A stretch of 64,000 bases of DNA from the human T2T-CHM13v2.0 reference genome, Homo sapiens. A program made the position numbers and the translations under genes. The notes under the pieces were generated by a model, which searched no databases, was not told where the DNA came from, and saw nothing but the letters and a program-made list of their open reading frames with translations. How positions within the stretch are numbered: the stretch's first letter is position 1; the number at the start of each line of letters is the position of its first letter. Shown in pieces: positions 1-14,721 of this stretch. The stretch lies in the NCBI RefSeq assembly GCF_009914755.1, contig NC_060929.1; one strand, written 5' to 3'.

Positions 1-106
1 TTCCTGTACAGCATGCAGAACAGTAAGTTAATTAAACCTCTTTTCTTTATAAATTACCCAGTCTCAGGTATTTCTTTATAGGAGTGTGAGAACAGACTAA
101 TAATAC
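1..106 (+). mobile_element. 3' end of a MaLR LTR (MST/THE1 family), truncated by the window edge
   Basis: attaaacctcttttctttataaattacccagtctcaggtatttctttata...gaacagactaat matches the canonical MST/THE1 LTR 3' end. Confidence 0.85.
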
Positions 107-1174
107 AACTAGTCAGTAGGCGCTTTCATTACAAATAGTCTTTTCATTTTCCATGATATCATGTTATGTCTGTAACATGTCAATTCTATCTGTTTATTTA
201 AGCCTAAACATGAGTGAAGGGAAGGAGAAAAGAAAGAAGGAGGGAGAGTTTATGAATAATCTAAAACATAAAGCATGAGAAAATTGACCTGATGGCAAGG
301 TTTTGAATGCAATGTTATAATTTCATAATATAGGTTTTCAGAAGATAAATAAGTAAAATGTTTTCTTATATTGTCATACAGTCTTACGACAAAAAATGTG
401 TCTGCTCTCAGAATCTTTCAGTGTCCATCTTAAAAGGATATTGGATGTAACCTCAATGTTATTTGAATTTTGTCTCCAAATAATAACTGAGGATTACTGT
501 CATGTTTAAGAAAAATTTGCTGATAGGTTGATCTATCCTGATTTGAAGAAAAGTATAAATTAAAATCCTGAGTGAATTATAATCTGATCTCAATGCCAAT
601 TCCTTTACCTGTATTTCATGTAAAATTAAGAAAGATGATAAAGAATCTCATTAGTTCTGCCTAAAACAAAAGCACTGTAGTAATATAGTGTACCATTAGA
701 AAATTCTTCCATCAAACATTGTTTAATTTTATGAGCCTAAAGGATTAGAAGGTACCATTAAAAAAATCCCTTGAATAACCTTACTGTATGCACGTAGGGA
801 CTCAAAGCCCCAAAGGGTTATATGATTCTATATGCCAGTAACTTGTGCATAATTTGCAATCCGGAAATTCATAAGAATGTCATAAAATATTGAATGAATC
901 ATGGCTTATGAGTGTGGAAAAGGGGATAGTATGGAGTAAGAAAGAAGAAACGAGAGAAAGATCTTCACAATTAAAGTTGATTGTATCTACTTAGGTGATA
1001 ATCTAGAACAAGGTCAACCACAAATTTAAATCTGAGTGGCATGATAGAAATTTAAAAGTCTCCATAAAAGGGCCTCAGATATGTCTCATACATGACATAT
1101 GACTAGAAAACCACAAATAAAAAATCATAAAATGTAGGTAGGTTTAAGTTAATGTTAAGTTTATGTTAATTTAA

Positions 1175-1380
1175 CGAACATTTATTCAGTAACTAGTTTG
1201 CTGGGCCGTCTTCTAAACGTTTTATATGAAATCAATTCATTTGTTAAACTCTATGTAGTATATATCAATATTCTTATTTTACATGGGAGGAAACAGTCTC
1301 AAATGCTGAATTAATTTGCACAAGGTCATTGCAAAATGGTGATGCACAAGTCTGCTAGTTCTAGTTCCCAAATCCTTTTT
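1175..1380 (-). mobile_element. MIR SINE remnant
   Basis: Antisense MIR core: attttacatgggaggaaacagtctc...ttaatttgcacaaggtca; boundaries approximate. Confidence 0.6.
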
Positions 1381-1619
1381 ATTATAAAGTGCTACACTGT
1401 ATGAGGATGTGGAGTAGCAAAACTTCACAGAGTCTGATACAGAGTCAGTCACCAGCCAGCTGTGCTGTGTCATTACATCATCTAAACTTCTGAGCTTCCT
1501 CCTACTCATTTATAGAATGAACAGTGGGGAATTAGGCAGCAATGCCAGCCACTGCTGACCTATTCACCTTGTAGTGAAGGCCTCACTACGTAAAATGACA
1601 ACAACAACAAAAGATCAGA

Positions 1620-2025
1620 AAAGAAAGAAGTTTAAGGATTAAAATAAAAATTGCAATTTTTCCAGACTACTTACTTATCTTTCAAAAAAAATACAAGAGA
1701 ACTTAAAGGATATATTTAATAACTGGGCTGACCTTTTTAATTAGTTTAACGCATTATGTTAAAATTAATTTAAAAGGTCAATGTATTAAACTAATTAAAA
1801 TATGTTAAAACTAATTAGAAAGGTCAGCCCAGTTGTTAAATATATTTTAAAATTAATAGCATTCATACAGACCAGCAAAAAACCAATTAGAAAATGTGAA
1901 AGGTAAAAAAATGTAACATTAGCAATTAGCAGTGAAAACTAGGAACAGACCTAAGAAACTGCAAGAGCTTTATACAAAAACTACACAATATTCTTGAGAG
2001 GCGTAAAAGACCTCAATAAACAGGG
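1620..2025 (+). mobile_element. Old L1M ORF2 remnant, containing an inverted duplication
   Basis: Degenerate L1 ORF2-like text (aaaattaatagcattcatacagaccagcaaaaaaccaattagaaaatg; aaaactacacaatattcttgagag...gacctcaataaa). Confidence 0.6.
1710..1845. repeat. Inverted repeat with 41/42-bp arms (1710-1750 and 1804-1845)
   Basis: atatatttaataactgggctgacctttttaattagtttaac versus gttaaaactaattagaaaggtcagcccagttgttaaatatat: 2 substitutions and 1 indel. Confidence 0.95.
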
Positions 2026-2032
2026 AGAGCTT

Positions 2033-2430
2033 CATTCCCTCATAAAACAAATATTTCATACCTATTTTGTGCCAGTCATACTTGTAGGCTTCAATTCTTA
2101 AGTAGCAAGACAGAAGGAGAAAGACAGAAAATAAAAAATAAATATAATGTTAAGTGGGAGTGAGTAATAAAAGTGAAAATGAAGGAATGTAAGGTAAGTT
2201 ACTGTTTTATGGAAGGTGATGTAAGCTTCTGGAAAGAGAAACATTTTACCAGAGATGTACAGAGAGGAAGCAAGCTGTGGGAAAATCTGGGTAGATTCTC
2301 CCTCTACCCAGGCAGAGGGAGAACAATGAACAAGATAACATGCTCAGCATTGTTGAAGAGCAGCAAGGTGGTGCAGAATGAGGAATGTGGGTGGGAGATG
2401 AGGTCAGAGAAAGAGTAGGGAGCCAGATCG
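2033..2430 (-). mobile_element. L2 LINE 3' fragment
   Basis: cattc..caaatattt..cctattttgtgccag start followed by a purine-rich antisense L2 body. Confidence 0.6.
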
Positions 2431-2587
2431 TTTTACTAACCAGCCAGATTCTACCATAAGAAATAATGTTAAAATGAATGAAATTATATCTTTGTTTGCT
2501 TGTTTATTTTCTTGAATCAATTCCCAGAAGGAAGCAGTCTGACTTTTAAGAAACAAACTAAAAAAAACTTAATCCTGGATTGCTTAC

Positions 2588-3055
2588 TGTAGGAATTGCC
2601 AACCTAATGTTCCCTTTCCCCTTATTTTTTACCATTAGAACTTTGCTTTTTCCGGGGTGGGGGGCGGGGGTGCTATAAGTGGCACAATTACTTTTTCCAG
2701 CTCTTTTGTTGCTAGGAATTAGCATGTGACACACCAGCCAATGAGATTCGAGCTCTTTATCTGCGGCTGACTTAGCACGTTTGTCTCTTGTTCTTCTCCC
2801 TATTTCCTGCCTGGAACATAGTCTTGATGTCTAGTGGGGGTTGGACTGGGAGCACTGAGGGGATTGAATGGAATGGTGGAAATGGAACCATCTTGTAATC
2901 ATGAGGAAAAGGGAACAGGAAAGGATGGCTGAGTAAACAGGGAAGGAGCCTGGGTTCCCACTGACATCATGAAGCTGTCCTGCTAATCCTAGACTCTTCC
3001 TTCAGACTCATTGTTATCCTTGTTTTGTGGGTTTCTGTTGGTGGCTAAATACAAT
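2588..3055 (+). mobile_element. Old MLT1-type MaLR LTR
   Basis: Degenerate MLT1 motifs (gcatgtgacac..gccaatgagatt; gaaggagcctgggttccc..atcatgaagctg; gggtttctgtt). Confidence 0.5.
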
Positions 3056-4555
3056 TCTTGAAATTATTTATGTAATAATCATCTTATGTTTATAGATTCC
3101 CTAAAAATCCAGTGTTTTCTTTATATATTTCCCTTCTGGAGTAGCAATAAAGAATATTCTGTGACTTGTATTATGGGATTATAAAGAAGAATGTCTTCTG
3201 TATATCTTGGAAGTCACATTCCTTGGGAGCCTGAAACCTCCCTCATAACTCCCTAGTTGTGACTTCTGGTACTTTTTTCTTTGGTCCAGGGAAACGAACC
3301 CTCTAAAACCACATAAGACTGTACAATTCCAAAGTAGTTACTTACTCAAGTTGATAAAGTCTGTCCAATTTTAAGGCAAATCTGATTGCAAATATATATA
3401 GAAAAATATATACATATATACATGCAATATATTATATATCTATCTTAATCATATTAGTTTTTCCTGTAGGTATTTGACTAGGCTTCCAAAAGAAATTTGT
3501 TGATTGATTGATAACAGGTTACTGTTAAAATGAGACAAAGATAATTCTCTTGAATAATAAATGAGATAGTTCTGAGGCTGTCTGAACAGTGCATGTGCAA
3601 GAGGAATGAGGAATGACCTAGAATAATATTTTTACACATGGGCTGAGTTCCTAGAACTATAACCCATTTCTGGACTTTGGTTTGGTTGATACTGAGAGGT
3701 TGGCTCTGAACTGGGAATTGGGGAAATTCAAGCTTGAGAGCTAGAGAAGATAGTGGGTGACCTATTCAGGGGTCCTTATCAGGGGTCCAGATTGGGGTCT
3801 AGGGTAGTCTTCCTAACAGGCACAGCACACCCAGCCAACTCACTAGGTGCAAGGAGCAGGGGAATAGTCACGTATGGTACTTTCTTTCTTTTCTCTTTTG
3901 AAAAAATAAAACCATAGCAAAATTATTGTTATCTGAAGTTAGTTCATTAGACTTTGGGGAGAATGGGGAAAACTACAAGAATAATGCAGGCTTTTTGTAA
4001 TAATTCAAACAATGCTTAGGTGTTGTATTAAAAAATGTTAATATCTCCCTTTCCTGCCAAACCCACTCCATTCCATTAGACAACGTTCTCAGTCTAGTGT
4101 GATGCCTCACCTACCTTTTCCTATGCTATTTATAAACACATACAAAAATGTAGGATTTCCCCCTATTATTTTTCACAAGGATAAGAACATAACATATGCA
4201 TTACTTTTAAATAATTCTTTATAGCAATTGCATAATAAGCTCTAGTATGAATGTACCACAGTTGATTCAAGCAGTCAGTTCCTTTTTACGACCTTGAAAG
4301 TATGTACGTGTGTGGAGAAATGCCATTTTCCTTTTCTTATAGGAGAGATTCATAGAAGTTGTCTGATTGGGTCAAAGAACTGTTAAGTTTAATAGACACT
4401 TTTCCACATGTGATTTTTGATTTGAGTTAGATGTATGAAAATTAGCACAATGAAGTACAGCTTTTCCGTTTCCCATTCAATACGGTAAAGGAGTGCATGA
4501 AACATGTAAGTTCTCAAGCTCTTTATCTCAACTAAAGGCCTTATCAAAAAAATTG

Positions 4556-4556
<1 letters not shown>

Positions 4557-4589
<33 letters not shown>
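4557..4589. repeat. (TG)16 microsatellite
   Basis: Pure TG run seen directly. Confidence 0.98.
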
Positions 4590-4591
<2 letters not shown>

Positions 4592-4674
4592 CTTTCATGG
4601 GTGTCTCTGTGTGTTAAGACAAATCTGGCTTCATAGAGCTTGACCTGGGAAGTTTTGGAACTCCTGTAGTTATG

Positions 4675-5290
4675 ATATCAGTCAGGGTTAAATCAGAGAA
4701 GCAGAAACACTATGATAGAGATAGATAGTAGATAGATACAGACATACATAGCTCTGTCATCTACAATTATAGATATAGATATGCATTTATACTTTTATAG
4801 TGATCTGACCATACATAATTGTAGGAGCTGGCTATGCAGTCTCTGTAAGATTTGTCTTTTTATTTGAGGCTAGAGCCTGAAATCCACAGAGCAGGCAGTA
4901 AGGAAGGGAAGGTGGATGTAAAATGCGGGTGAGCAAGAACAAGATGGAAGTACAAGCATGTGCTGGAGTATGTGAAAACACACTGGAGCCCATGCCATTT
5001 CTCATTGTCTCTGATCTTTATGGTGTGGGTGTCCTACATGTGCTGGGGAGCATTTGTCATGGAGTCAAACAGAGACACTTAGCCCAGGAATTAGAGAAGC
5101 TGATCCCTGAGGGAGGATGTGGGGAAGGAGGAGTAATTGCAATCTCCTCAGGTGTGTGAGCTACGAAATGGCTGCTAATTCACTTTTGGTCTCCAAATCT
5201 CATTAAATCTCTCATGTGGTCTGCCCTAACATGAAATGTACAGAAAAATAAATTCTGGGAAATGTAGTTCATCATAGCCAGGCTAACGCC
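4675..5290 (-). mobile_element. Old ERVL-class LTR, subfamily uncertain
   Basis: gtcagggttaaatcagagaagcagaaacacta start, an internal (GATA)-like stretch and ttctgggaaatgtagtt near the end, typical of antisense ERVL LTRs. Confidence 0.45.
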
Positions 5291-5425
5291 TTACACCTTA
5301 CAAAGCCACTATAATTATGATGAAAAAACCACAGTAGCAACCACCAACCTACCCTCAGTATTTCTGCAATATTATTTGGTTACCTAGCCAGCCCCCAAGG
5401 AATTATGTAGTGAAAAACATTCCCA

Positions 5426-6036
<611 letters not shown>

Positions 6037-6980
6037 ACAACATTCCCAGAAAGATAAGATTGTTGGTATGACACAAAATTACGTGCTTGGATACACACAG
6101 ATATTCACACAGACAGAAGCACATTCACTGATAATGGGTACTACAAAGTTTCCTATTTTTAACTTCTAATTCACCTGAGTTTCTACCTTAACCCTAAACC
6201 CCAATTTTTATTATTCCATGCACCAACAAAACCTAAAAAATATAACTTCTATATAATTTGAAAGTTAAAATACCTTATTTTATTTTTAAAATATGGTAGA
6301 ATGTTTCTCAAGACAATTTTTGGCTCTTGTCGAAAGTTCTCAAAGTATCTTCATGCCATTTGTGTTTTGTTGTGGTATGTTAATACGCTATTAAACAAAC
6401 TATACATCTCCTATCCATTAGCACCTTGGATAGAAGACAATCACTCTTCTGTTCAACAATGTCTTGTTGACAGCAATGTTGTCTCATGTGAGTGAGTCTT
6501 GGTTCAAAGGATATTTCTGTCTTTTATGACTAATATTACATTTAGCTAAAGGCATCCTTGTTCTTGGGTCACTATCATAGGAAATGGCACAAGTAGTTTT
6601 GAAGATGCAGGAAGCTAAAATCTTAGAAAATGCTGAGGTGTTCCATTTGGGTGTTAGAAGTATTATTGAATTCATACCAAGTGTGGTTGTCTCATGAATC
6701 TCGAAGACCTTTTCTTTTTTATTAAATTTAATGGTCTTTCTGGCTTCCTGTCTTCTCATCCTTCATTGTCCACACCACACATTTCAGCTGAGGTCACTTA
6801 CAAACATACACAAGCCATTTTCCACCTCAAGTTCTGAGGCTGATACTTTTCTTAGTCTCACTAGACTAGCTCAGGTGAAGTACCTTCCAGTCAACCTTAC
6901 CCAGTCCTGTTCTGACCCCATGCTCTGGTTTATTGCTGTTGTTGTCGTTACATAATATATTGCTACTATTAAAAATCTTA

Positions 6981-7304
<324 letters not shown>

Positions 7305-7793
7305 TTATTTCTGCAGAGTCTAAGTGTACATTGGGAAGGATTTGGCAAATATCTTAGAAACCAACCATATAAGGAAAAGGTAGTGATAGAACAAGGATTC
7401 TTACCAAGATAGCTGCTAACAGAAAAAGGTCCCAAAATGTAATATCTGAATCATTCAGGACACTTTTTAAATATTCGAATCTCCAAGCCCCATTCCAAAA
7501 ATTCAAACAGCAGGTCTGGGATAAGGCTTAGGAAACTGTTAGAAAAATTTCTCAGATGATCTGAATGCATAGTTGGGTGTACAAAGAACTGACATGTTCT
7601 GCTGACAAAGTTGCATTTTTATAGCCCATGTTTTATTTAGAGACTGCATTTCCAAAAAGAGATTTGTCACATGCTGAACAAGGACACCGTTGCTTTCTCC
7701 TATGGGGGTGGCTATTATGATTTGGACAATTGCTCACAGAAAAACTAAGATTGAAAGCTCAGAAGGTAGACTAGTACGTAGTCATGATCTTTA

Positions 7794-8271
<478 letters not shown>

Positions 8272-8443
8272 TCAAAAGTAGATTTAAGATGATGGAACAA
8301 GATCCATTTTCTGATTCTTCAACACCTATTTCTGTCCCTTTACTACCAATATTGCCTATTATTCCACTTTATCTCACACATTCCTGGGTGAAATTTGTCA
8401 ACATTCAACCAAGACTATATTGTAACAAGAAAGGAGCTAACTC

Positions 8444-8742
8444 GGCCGGGCGCGGTGGCTCACGCCTGTAATCCCAGCACTCTGGAAGGCCGAGGCGGGC
8501 AGATCACGAGGTCAGGAGATGGAGACCATCCTGGCTAACACGGTGAAACCCCGTCTCTACTAAAAATACAAAAAATTAGCCGGGCGAGGTGGCGGGCGCC
8601 AAGTAGTCCCAGCTACTTGGGAGGCTGAAGCAGGAGAACGGCGTGAACCCCGGGGGGCGGAGCCTGCAGTGAGCCGAGATCGCGCCACCGCACTCCGCCT
8701 GGGCAACAGCGAGACTCCGTCTCAAAAAAAAAAAAAAAAAAA
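8444..8742 (+). mobile_element. Young AluY, AluYe5-like
   Basis: Diagnostics ggcgAggtgg, gaaccccggggggcggagcctgc and caacagcgagact; many intact CpGs; 17-bp TSD aagaaa(g/a)gagctaactc. Confidence 0.93.
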
Positions 8743-9324
8743 GAAAAGAGCTAACTCTTCCGTTCATAATTGGGTAGGAAATGTGAGGAAGGAATGACCT
8801 CTGCTACCAGATAGGTAACTCTCCTAGTAATGTGGACTTTTCCATTCTGATGTGGTTATTGAGATCACAAGCCTTAGTTCTTATGGGTATCAGGATGGAT
8901 ATCCTCTTAGGGAATAGACATTCACATCTGTCAGTCAGGCTGAGAAGAAGTGCATCTTGGGACAGGAAATGAGAAAATGGAAGTTTGATGTTACTCTGAA
9001 GGGACATATAGGATGAGAAGTTCCTCTGGGTCTTCTCCGACCTGAACAGGAGATGTTCAGAGGAATTCCCGGATGGTGAGGGAAAGAGGACCTCACTAAG
9101 AACTAGGCAGGGAGCAAAGTTTGTAATTGACAGGAAAGAGCCTATGGCACAGCATAGAGGCACCACAAAGGGCTTTCCTTACTTAAAATCAGCCAGAGTC
9201 TGTGGTGTAGGATCGATCCTATAGGTAGAGAGCCAAGTGGTATCTCTGTGTTATAATTCTCTTTCATTAACTTGGAACCTTTACTAAAGTCTTGTTAAAC
9301 TTTCTACACCGATCTTAGATATTA

Positions 9325-9940
9325 TAGGAATGGAAAGGAATGATACGTTTCCTCACTCATTATAAGAGTCACAGACAACACTCCTATAACAAAAGACAGG
9401 TTAACAAGAAAAAAGCATAACAAACTTATTTAATCAAAGTTTTATGTGACACAGGAGCCTTCAGAAATGGAGACCCAAAGACCCAGGGAAAACTATCTTT
9501 TTTTATGCTTATGTTTGATGAAGAATGTACAACCATAGAAATGTGATTGGACAAAAGGGTATAATCTAATGGTCATAGACAAAGGGGAGAATCCAGCAAG
9601 GCCTATCTGTTCAGAGTCCTCTTGGCCTCTCTGTGTTGCATTACTTCCGCCTACGTATGGGCCAGGCTTCTTCAGAAATGAGAGTTTTCAAGGGACAGAG
9701 CAGCATTTCTCAATTTTATGGCTTGCTTTGGGGGAAAGCAGTTCTAGTTTCATTGATTTGCCTAAAAGAAGAATAATTCTGGTTTCTATGACTCACTTTA
9801 CAGAAGAAAGTGGGGTGGATGACAGGAGGACAGGAGAAGATCGGGAAGGCCTTGCATCTGAGGCCCTTCCAATTTTCAGTTCAAAATATTCCACATGCCA
9901 AGGTGCCATACTTTGAGATGTTATGTTCTGAACCCCAATA
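9325..9940 (-). mobile_element. ERV1 solo LTR (MER39/MER34 group)
   Basis: ctcctataacaaaagacaggttaacaag..aaagcataacaaa..gacccaaagacccagggaaaact; ends ttctgaaccccaa. Confidence 0.75.
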
Positions 9941-9964
9941 ATATGCAGGGAAGACAAAACTTGC

Positions 9965-10210
9965 ATTGCCTAGGGTTTTCTGGGTTGCAAGTGACAGAAA
10001 ATATCTTGTATTCATCTAAAGTAATAAAGGCCATTTATTGGCTTACAAAACTACAAAGTTGAGGAGTCAGCTTGCTTAATTCCTTGCTAGATCTGGAAAT
10101 GCAGATGGGTTGCTGGAGATCTCTTTCTATCCACCCCTTGGCTCTGCTTCTCTTTCTCATAATGGCTGTGTTGTTTCTCTCCTGCTGTAGCCTTTCCTAG
10201 GGTGGCAGAG
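9965..10210 (-). mobile_element. Old MLT1 (J/K-like) LTR fragment
   Basis: gggttgcaagtgacagaaa...atttattggctta..aact motif of antisense MLT1. Confidence 0.55.
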
Positions 10211-11682
10211 GACGCTTACTGGCCACCTTGAGCCCCAGTCTCTCACCAGTCCTTGTTCCACCTGACTTCTTGACAACCAAGGCTTCGAGTCCCAGTTATG
10301 GAAAAAAAAAAAATCCTTCCATATGCTAAGTTCTTTATGTTTCAGATGGGAAGAACAAGAAAAGGAAAATAGAACTTCTGAATGTAAGAAGAAAGAATAT
10401 CATGAATATGGCATACTGCCTTCCTTATGCATTAGAAAAAAGAGTCAACCTATCTCTTTCCAAATCTAGGTAAGAAGATGGCAAATGTTTCCAAATATAT
10501 TATCACTGAAAACTGCAACATCAACCTTTGAAAATAAAATTTTAAATCAGTTTTATTGATTTTTAGTAATCATAGCAACAAAGGGAATATAGTCAGGACC
10601 TAAGATAAAAATGCAAAACTGCCATTTTCTTAAGGAAAAAAATTAGTGAAATGGAAATGAGATACATTTAGGCCATGGAAAGAGGTAAATCTGTTTTATA
10701 TCCACAACGTGCCATTTCTGTTTTCCCCTCAGAAGTCAGTCTTTTTCAGCTGCTGATACCCTTTTCCTTCTGTAAACTGTGATAATAAATAGGAATGGGA
10801 AATCACTATGGAAATAGGATTATTACTGCTGTTGAGGGACCTCCTTTCCTCCAGGCATCATAATTCCATGTGGAGGAATTTAGGATTAGCACTGCTCACC
10901 TCTCACTGTCCTTCCCTCGCTCCTACTCAGGGGAGGGAGAAAGGCAGGGCACAGGGGTCTCAGAGTTTCTGAGCTGTCTCATCAGACCACCCGGTTTGTG
11001 CTCTGCCAGGCTCTCTGGAGCCCACCATCCCAGAGGAGAGCTGCAGGAGCCCAGCTGTCAGAAACTGCTGTGTGTACATTTAAGGGTATAAAATTACTAA
11101 CCCCTTTGGCTGCACATCTAAAGTGACATTGTGCAGTTTATCAGCAGCAAAAGTGATACTTTGGCTTTCATCTATCTGACTCTCGGTTCTTTTTCCCAAC
11201 TGGTTCAGAACTCAAGTAGTCAGGAAAAGGGCGCTAGGTATTGACCCAACATTATTATTATCATAACAAACCACAGCAAAACTCATAAAATAAAGGACGG
11301 TGTCTTCTAAAGTTGTTTTTCACAGTAGCAAGGGAATGACTACATACGAATAGCTTTAAAAGGTGTGGTTTCCAATACGGAATTGAAACACATGCCAAAT
11401 CGTTTTCCTGCCTGTGGAGCCAAAGAAAAGAGAGTAATTCAGGCTAAAATGCGAGGTACACCTCCAGCCTTGTGTGGAATCATGGAGCAGCCCAGAGATA
11501 ATCAACAACTTTGCTGCTAGCTTTCTGCTTTGCTAATGTATGTGTCTTCATTTTTCTGAAAATTAGACCAATCTAAAAAAATTCCATAAACATTTTTTTC
11601 TCTTGCTTTATTCTAAATACCTGCTTCAATATATAAATGACCATTTTGCCTTTATAAGGAGAAATGAAGATGGTATTTCACT

Positions 11683-12105
11683 GTAGAAGTTGCACCATTA
11701 CCTCAACGCTTGCCTCTCCTGCCTCCCCTTCTACCTCCTCCACCTCTGCCACCCCTGAGACACCAAGACCAACCCTTCCTCTTCCTCCTTCTCCTCAGCC
11801 TCCCCAACACAAAGATAAGGATGAAGACCTTCATGATGATCCGCTTCTACTTAATGAATAGTTATTATATTTGATCTTCCTTATGATTTTCTTTTTTCTA
11901 GCTTAATTTATTGTAAGAATACAGTATATAATACATACAGTATATAACACATAAAATATGTGTTAATCAACTCTTTATAAGGAAGGCTTCTGGTCAACAA
12001 AAGGCTATTAGTAGTTAAATCTGGCAGGACTCACAGGTTATACTGGGATTTTTGACTGTGCTAGGCATCAGTCCCCCAGCCCCCAAGTTGCTCAATAGTC
12101 AACTA
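11683..12105 (+). mobile_element. Tigger2-family (MER8/Tigger2a) DNA transposon
   Basis: gccacccctgagacaccaagaccaacccttcctcttcctcc...gatgaagaccttcatgatgatcc...gtcaact terminal repeat. Confidence 0.85.
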
Positions 12106-12650
12106 TGTTTGCTTGGTTGTATTTTTTGGCGCCCCTTTTCCTTAGTGCTTTTAAACACTAGGCAGGGTATAAGCATGGATATAGATTAGACAGACACAAT
12201 TCATGCTGATAGTATTTAAAGGCATTACCATCTAATTCTATGTCTCAAATTATGCTCCAAAACCCAGTAATATTGACTTTCCTTTGTGGCTTTAATACTT
12301 TAAATTGATTTTAGAAAGGAACTTGACCAAAGAGCCATTATTACTCAAGAACAATGGTTCTTACACATAATGTGAATCATTTAAAAAATTCTAGATTTCT
12401 GAGACCCAGGTTCTGAGGTAGGACCTATGCAATGTGCTGTGATTACAGAGGATGCTGCTGTCAGCTAGACTTGTCCCTGCAGACAGCACAAACCTCCAAA
12501 TATTTCAAGTAGAAATTCCTGGCCAGAAGGTAAAAATGGTATGCAAATACAACCCTTACTCTCTGAAACTGGGTCGTTTACCTCCAGTTCTCCTGTCTTA
12601 TGAGCACCTCCGCCGTCCTCCCACTTCTTGAGATTAATACCACAAACACA

Positions 12651-12651
<1 letters not shown>

Positions 12652-12690
<39 letters not shown>
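12652..12690. repeat. (CA)~19 microsatellite
   Basis: Pure CA run seen directly. Confidence 0.98.
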
Positions 12691-12692
<2 letters not shown>

Positions 12693-13509
12693 CTCTCCCT
12701 GGAAACACAATGTTACCATTTTCTTCTCTCTCAGGCTAGTCGGTGATAAGAACTATGTTTAAAGGCCAAAATAGAACAAAGCTAACCTCCTTCATTGCAA
12801 ACGCACAAGATGCCATTTAGAAAAACATTGATGCAATCACCCTGGCCCTGTTAAATAAGGGGACCCTAATGTGGCCCGCGATCAAACTCACTTCCTCATT
12901 AAGAGCACAAGCCTAAGGTAAGACAGAGCCTCCTTTGTTTAAAAAGAGGCTGTGTGAACTCTGCCACGGGTCCCCAGACACCCCTAAGTCCTCTGTTCTG
13001 AACTTGCAATTAAATCGTAAGAAACCAGGTACCACAGCAGCAGCAGTTTGACAGTAGATTCTTTCAGCACCAGCCAGATGTGAAAGGCTTTGAAAGGGAC
13101 TAAAAGACACTCCTGTTGCCCAGGGAGGCAGGAAACGGTAACCTCTGGTTTGCAGCCCTACCATCATCTGATAATGCCGTTTCTAATATATTTCAATTCA
13201 CTTTAATAATAGCAGCTGTTTTTTGCAAAACCAAAGGTTATTGATTAACCCAGAGCAAGTAGGAGGTCACTATTTGATTTGTTATATTTTTCAGCCTAAA
13301 ATGACTTAAAAACAGCTCAATAGGAATGCTCACATCAATGATATTTTACTACTTTCTATGCTCTTTTTGAAGTGTGAATAGAGTTTCACAAATTAAAGGG
13401 AAAAACGTTTTCTTTTAAAAAAATTGTACGTTATTTTCAGAGAATTTGCTCTATGGAGAGGCATAATAAAAAATCTTCCTCCGGGAAGACTGTATTATAG
13501 TGTCACTAA

Positions 13510-13970
13510 ATTCAGTTCTATTCAACCTCTATCAGCAATTTGGAAGATGTAGAGGATGACTTTTTACTGTCTGAAATTACACAAAGCTTAGAGGGATATT
13601 TAATGTAATAAGCTACTTCAAGATGAAAAATTATCTTGACATTAGAATCAATAATACAAAATTTGTCAGCAATAAATATGAAAATTTACATTTAGGATTT
13701 AATAATCAATTATGCAAGAACGGAATAAAGGAGGCTGGGTTCCTTTGAATTCATATGAGAAAAATGCCTCAGAGTTTACTTTATCATAAGTGCACTAGGA
13801 ATTGGCCATATGGTTTGGCTATTTAAAAATCTAACATAATTTTGGACTATATTAATAAAATGTAATTTGTATATTTAATCATTTTGTATTTACCCTAGTT
13901 GGACCATATCTGCAGTATTACAGTAAACTCTGTACCTTGCATTTTAAGAGTGACTGGGCTTGTCCAGATG
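13510..13970 (+). mobile_element. L3/CR1 LINE reverse transcriptase remnant
   Basis: ctattcaacctctatcagcaatttgga..gaaattacacaaagcttagaggg resembles the CR1 LFNIFINDL...ADDTKLGG region; highly decayed. Confidence 0.55.
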
Positions 13971-14350
13971 GTTCAAATATCAAGGAATTTTAAAATTCCG
14001 TCAGAGAGTGTTAAACAAACTGAATACATTTCTTCTAATACTGCCTCCCAACCAGCATGGAAAAATACTGTTCAGCATCTATGCCTGATGGTCACTTATC
14101 TTGTTTAGAATATGTTTAGTTATACAGAGATCATTACTCTGCATTGTCAGGCAGGTCTCACTTTAAACTCCTTTCGAACTCTTCCTCATGTTATTGCCAC
14201 TCTTTAATTCTAGATTATTAGTAACCTATTTTTCCTTGCACTTTCTCTTGACAAACCATTATAAACTTGAAAGCCTACTATGGCTTCTTCAGAGGATGTA
14301 AAGAGATTCTTTCTTTCTTTCAGAAAAATCAACTTGCAAAAAAAAAGAAA

Positions 14351-14721
14351 TGTATTAGTCCATTCTCATGCTACTGACAAAGACATGCCTGAGACTGGGT
14401 AATTTCTAAAGCAAAGAGGTTTAATTGACTCACAGTTCCACATGGCTGGGGAAGCTTCACAATCATGGCAGAAGATGAAGGAAGAGCAAAGGGACGTCTT
14501 ACGTGGTGGCCAGAAAAGAGAGAATGAGAACCAAGTGAAAGGGGTTTCCCCTTATAAAAACATCAACTCTCGTGAGACTTACTCACTACTATAAGAACAA
14601 TATGGGGGAAACCACTCCCATGACTCAATGATCTCCCACCGTGTTCCTCCCACAACACATGGGAATTATGGGAGCTACATTTAAAGATGAGATTTGGGTG
14701 GGGACACAGCCATACCATACA
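14351..14721 (-). mobile_element. THE1 solo LTR (MaLR)
   Basis: tgtattagtccattctcatgct...gagatttgggtggggacacagccataccatac, ~370 bp. Confidence 0.93.

Noticed and set aside
11664-11861. Pro/Ser-rich 65-aa ORF
   Set aside because: It is a translation of the Tigger2 pyrimidine-rich segment
12829-12837. ATF4/CEBP composite motif TGATGCAAT
   Set aside because: A single 9-mer is expected by chance about once in 64 kb of AT-rich DNA
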